DNA from: Octopus sinensis
Taxonomy: Eukaryota
DNA: 21,077 nucleotides
Direction of reading: 5' to 3'
Assembly: GCF_006345805.1 (NCBI RefSeq)
Contig: NW_021823778.1
Coordinates: forward strand, 1 to 21,077
Shown: one piece after another, positions 18,313-21,077 of the stretch
Position numbering within the stretch: the stretch's first letter is position 1
How the letters are laid out: each line of letters opens with the position of its first letter
Program-made: the position numbers and the translations under genes
Notes under the pieces: generated by a model
What the model was told of the DNA's origin: nothing
What the model saw: only the letters and a program-made list of their open reading frames with translations
The model's database searches: none

Positions 18313-19099
18313 AGGAGTGGCTGTGTGGTAAGTAGCTTGCTTACGAACCACATGGTTCCGGGTTCAGTCCCACTGCGTGGCACCTTGGGCAAATGTCTTC
18401 TACTATAGCTTCGGGCCTACCAAAGCCTTGTGAGTGGATTTGGTAAACGGAAACTGAAAGAAGCCCTTCGTATATATGTATATATATATAAATTTATATA
18501 GGAGTGGCTGTGTGGTAAGTAGCTTGTTTACAAACCACATGGTTCCGGGTTCAGTCCCACTGCGTGGCACCTTGGGCAAATGTCTTCTACTATAGCCTCG
18601 GGCCTACCAAAGCCTTGTGAGTGGATTTGGTAAACGGAAACTGAAAGAAGCCCTTCGTATATATGTATATATCTATAAATTTATATAGGAGTGGCTGTGT
18701 GGTAAGTAGCTTGTTTACAAACCACATGGTTCCGGGTTCAGTCCCACTGCGTGGCACCTTGGGCAAGTGTCTTCTACTATAGCTTCGGGCCGACCAAAGT
18801 CTTGTGAGTGGATTTGGTAGACGAAAACTGAAAGAAGCTCGTCGTATATATGTATATATATGCATGTGTGTGTATATGTTTCTGGTGTCTGTGTTTGTCC
18901 CCCCCCGCAACATCGCTTGACAACCGGTGCTGGTGTGTTTACGTCCCCATGACTTAGCGGTTCGGCAAAAGAGAACGATAGAATAAGTACTGGGCTTACA
19001 AAGAATAAGTTCCGGGGTCGATTAGCTCGACTAAAGGCGGTGCTCCAGCATGGTCACAGTCAAATGACTGAAACAAGTAAAAGAGTAAAGAGTAAAGAG
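18313..19099 (+). mobile_element. Family B SINE with a triplicated 187-bp 5' module
   Basis: aggagtggctgtgtggtaagtagc at 18313, 18500 and 18687; only the third copy continues into the 3' module and the agagtaaag tail. Confidence 0.88.
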
Positions 19100-19183
19100 T
19101 ACCCGTATACGTATACATATATATTTACTTACACCTATGCACACACACACTCACACAAACGCACACACACAAACATACGTGTG

Positions 19184-19269
<86 letters not shown>

Positions 19270-19310
19270 TGCTTGTGTGTATCTATATATACACACAGAT
19301 TATATATATG

Positions 19311-19436
19311 TTGGTTTCAAATTTTAGCACAATGACAGCAATTTCGGAGAAGGGGGTAGATCGACTTCATCGACCCCAGTGTTTAGGATGAAAGGCAAAG
19401 TTGACCTCGGTGGAATTTGAACTCAGAACGTAAAGA
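19311..19436 (-). mobile_element. Internally deleted family A-related SINE fragment with a third tail type
   Basis: Reverse complement has ttacgttctgagttcaaattccaccgaggtcaactttgcctttcatcc joined to cactggggtcgatgaagtcga, then ctacccccttctccgaaattgctgtcattgtgctaaaatttgaaaccaa. Confidence 0.65.
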
Positions 19437-19779
19437 TCGACGAATATAAATATATATATACATATACATGTGTGTCTGTGTAAATATATATATATATAGT
19501 TTTATATGATGTGAGATGACAGTCACTTTGAAGTATCTGTCTACTAGCCTTCGTCTGACTGTAGACAGTATATACATACATACATACATGCATACATACA
19601 TACATACATACATACATACATACATACATACATACATACATACATACATACATACATACACACAACCAATTAATATCAAATAAAAGATTTTGAAAATTAA
19701 AGGTGTCTATTTACTTCCTGCATATCTGTGCGTGTATATGTATATATATATATATATATAATATAATATAAATAATAAA

Positions 19780-20322
19780 TAAATATATGCATATATACAT
19801 ACATATATGTACATACCTACATCCATATGCATATATACATGCATATATGGGTACAGGACGTTAAAAAAACGTTGAACACAATGTTTCGTCTACTCTGCGT
19901 TTCGAAGGTAGGACAAGACGCAACTTCGTTGAAACAGTCCTTCCCGCAAAGCAAATTAAATATAATTTGGTATTTTTTGCGGAGGGGTAAAAATGTTAAC
20001 AAGAGCGCAAAAAATCTCCAGTTTTATTTAATTTGCTTTGCGGGAAGAACTGTTTCAATAAAGTCGCGTCTTGTCCTTACCTTCGAACGCGGAGTAGACG
20101 AAAAAGGGGCAACTGAAGAAGGGGAATATTCCTTGTGTTGTATGTTTTGTCCTCTGTTTTTTCGTTGTTTGAAAAAAAGTTCGTTTCCATGTTTTTGTTT
20201 TTATGTTTTCATTTCTCATTGGGTTCAACATTTTTTTTCTATGTCCTGTACCCATATATGCATGTATATATACATATAGCTGTAGGTATGTACATATACG
20301 TATGCATATATGCATATATTTA
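19780..20322. repeat. Imperfect ~540-bp fold-back (inverted repeat) with an ~113-bp extra segment in the right arm
   Basis: 19780-19981 pairs with 20006-20103 + 20217-20322; 24-bp central spacer. Confidence 0.85.
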
Positions 20323-20412
20323 TATATCATTTAAATTATTATATGATCGAACGCCACGCATCCTTCTCCACGTAAATTTTATCTATATAAATATATATAT
20401 ATACACACACAC

Positions 20413-20443
<31 letters not shown>

Positions 20444-20505
20444 TGTATGTATGTATGTATGTATGTATGTATGTATGTATGACTTTGTATTTTTGTTTTT
20501 TCCCA

Positions 20506-20755
20506 CACCAGTTTGACAACCAGTTTGGTTTGTTCACCAGTTTGACAACCAGTTTGGTTTGTTCACCAGTTTGACAACCAGTTTGGTTTGTTCACGCCTG
20601 CGAAACTTAACGGTTCGGAAGAAAGAAAAAACAAAATAAGTAACAGAATTTTTTTTAATGACTTAAGTACTAAGTTCGAATAATTCGACTAAACCCTTCT
20701 AAACGGTGCCCCTGCATGGTCGCAGTCCAATGACTGAAACATGTAGGAGATAAAA
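20506..20755 (+). mobile_element. Diverged relative of the family B SINE 3' module, with three tandem 29-bp repeats at its start
   Basis: caccagtttgacaaccagtttggtttgtt at 20506, 20535 and 20564, then aacttaacggttcgg...ttcgactaaa...gcatggtcgcagtccaatgactgaaac. Confidence 0.65.
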
Positions 20756-20894
20756 TGTATAAATTACAATATATATATATATATATCTCGCTCTTTGCGT
20801 TGTTCAAGAGAATAGAGGCGTAGGGCTTTCAGACGTTGCCAGTAATTAAAGCATTCAACTAAAGGTGTCTTACGAAGGAAACGTCACTGAGATC

Positions 20895-21077
20895 TCTCTC
20901 TCTTTTTCTCTTTTACTTGTTTCAGTCATTTTGACTGCGGCCATGCTGGAGCACCGCCTTTTAGTCGAGCAAATCGACCCCGGGACTTTTGCCGAACCGC
21001 TAAGTGACGGGGACGTAAACACACCAGCATCAGTTGTCAAGCAATGCGAGGGGGATAAACACAGACACACAAACACA
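20895..21077 (-). mobile_element. 3' half of a family B SINE with an ~38-bp internal deletion, cut by the window edge
   Basis: Reverse complement of 40-240 but joins cggcaaaag directly to tcccggggtcg. Confidence 0.8.

Noticed and set aside
20111-20130. CUGAAGA followed by a short hairpin
   Set aside because: No GAAA, stem III or NUH follows, so it is not a hammerhead.
1-21077. Window begins and ends in inverted copies of the same SINE, resembling TIRs of one large transposon
   Set aside because: The family is dispersed (five or more copies here), both copies are cut by the edges, and the enclosed DNA is a host gene fragment. More likely contig breaks at a high-copy repeat.

Overview
Eukaryotic, microsatellite-rich genomic DNA, most likely from an octopus or related coleoid cephalopod (inferred from the tRNA-derived SINE families and the repeat composition; not database-verified). 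The window holds the 3' part of one + strand gene encoding a large STAND/NACHT-type NTPase + WD40-repeat protein (NWD1/NWD2 family). Four exons join in frame through GT-AG introns (3427-3571, 6419-6641, 7137-7467, 8086-11868; 1493 aa, N-terminus outside the window). The first exon is missing from the ORF track, and the protein ends in a CaaX-like motif (CALS). Nearly all other listed ORFs are translations of simple repeats or SINEs. The non-coding part contains decayed Penelope-like (GIY-YIG) retroelement copies in tandem and inverted arrangement, a type I hammerhead-ribozyme motif on the minus strand of an intron next to a perfect 58-bp fold-back, a further ~540-bp fold-back, at least three modular SINE families (including a 7-unit head-to-tail SINE array and a triplicated SINE head), a 16-bp minisatellite and a ~1.6-kb (CATA)n array.
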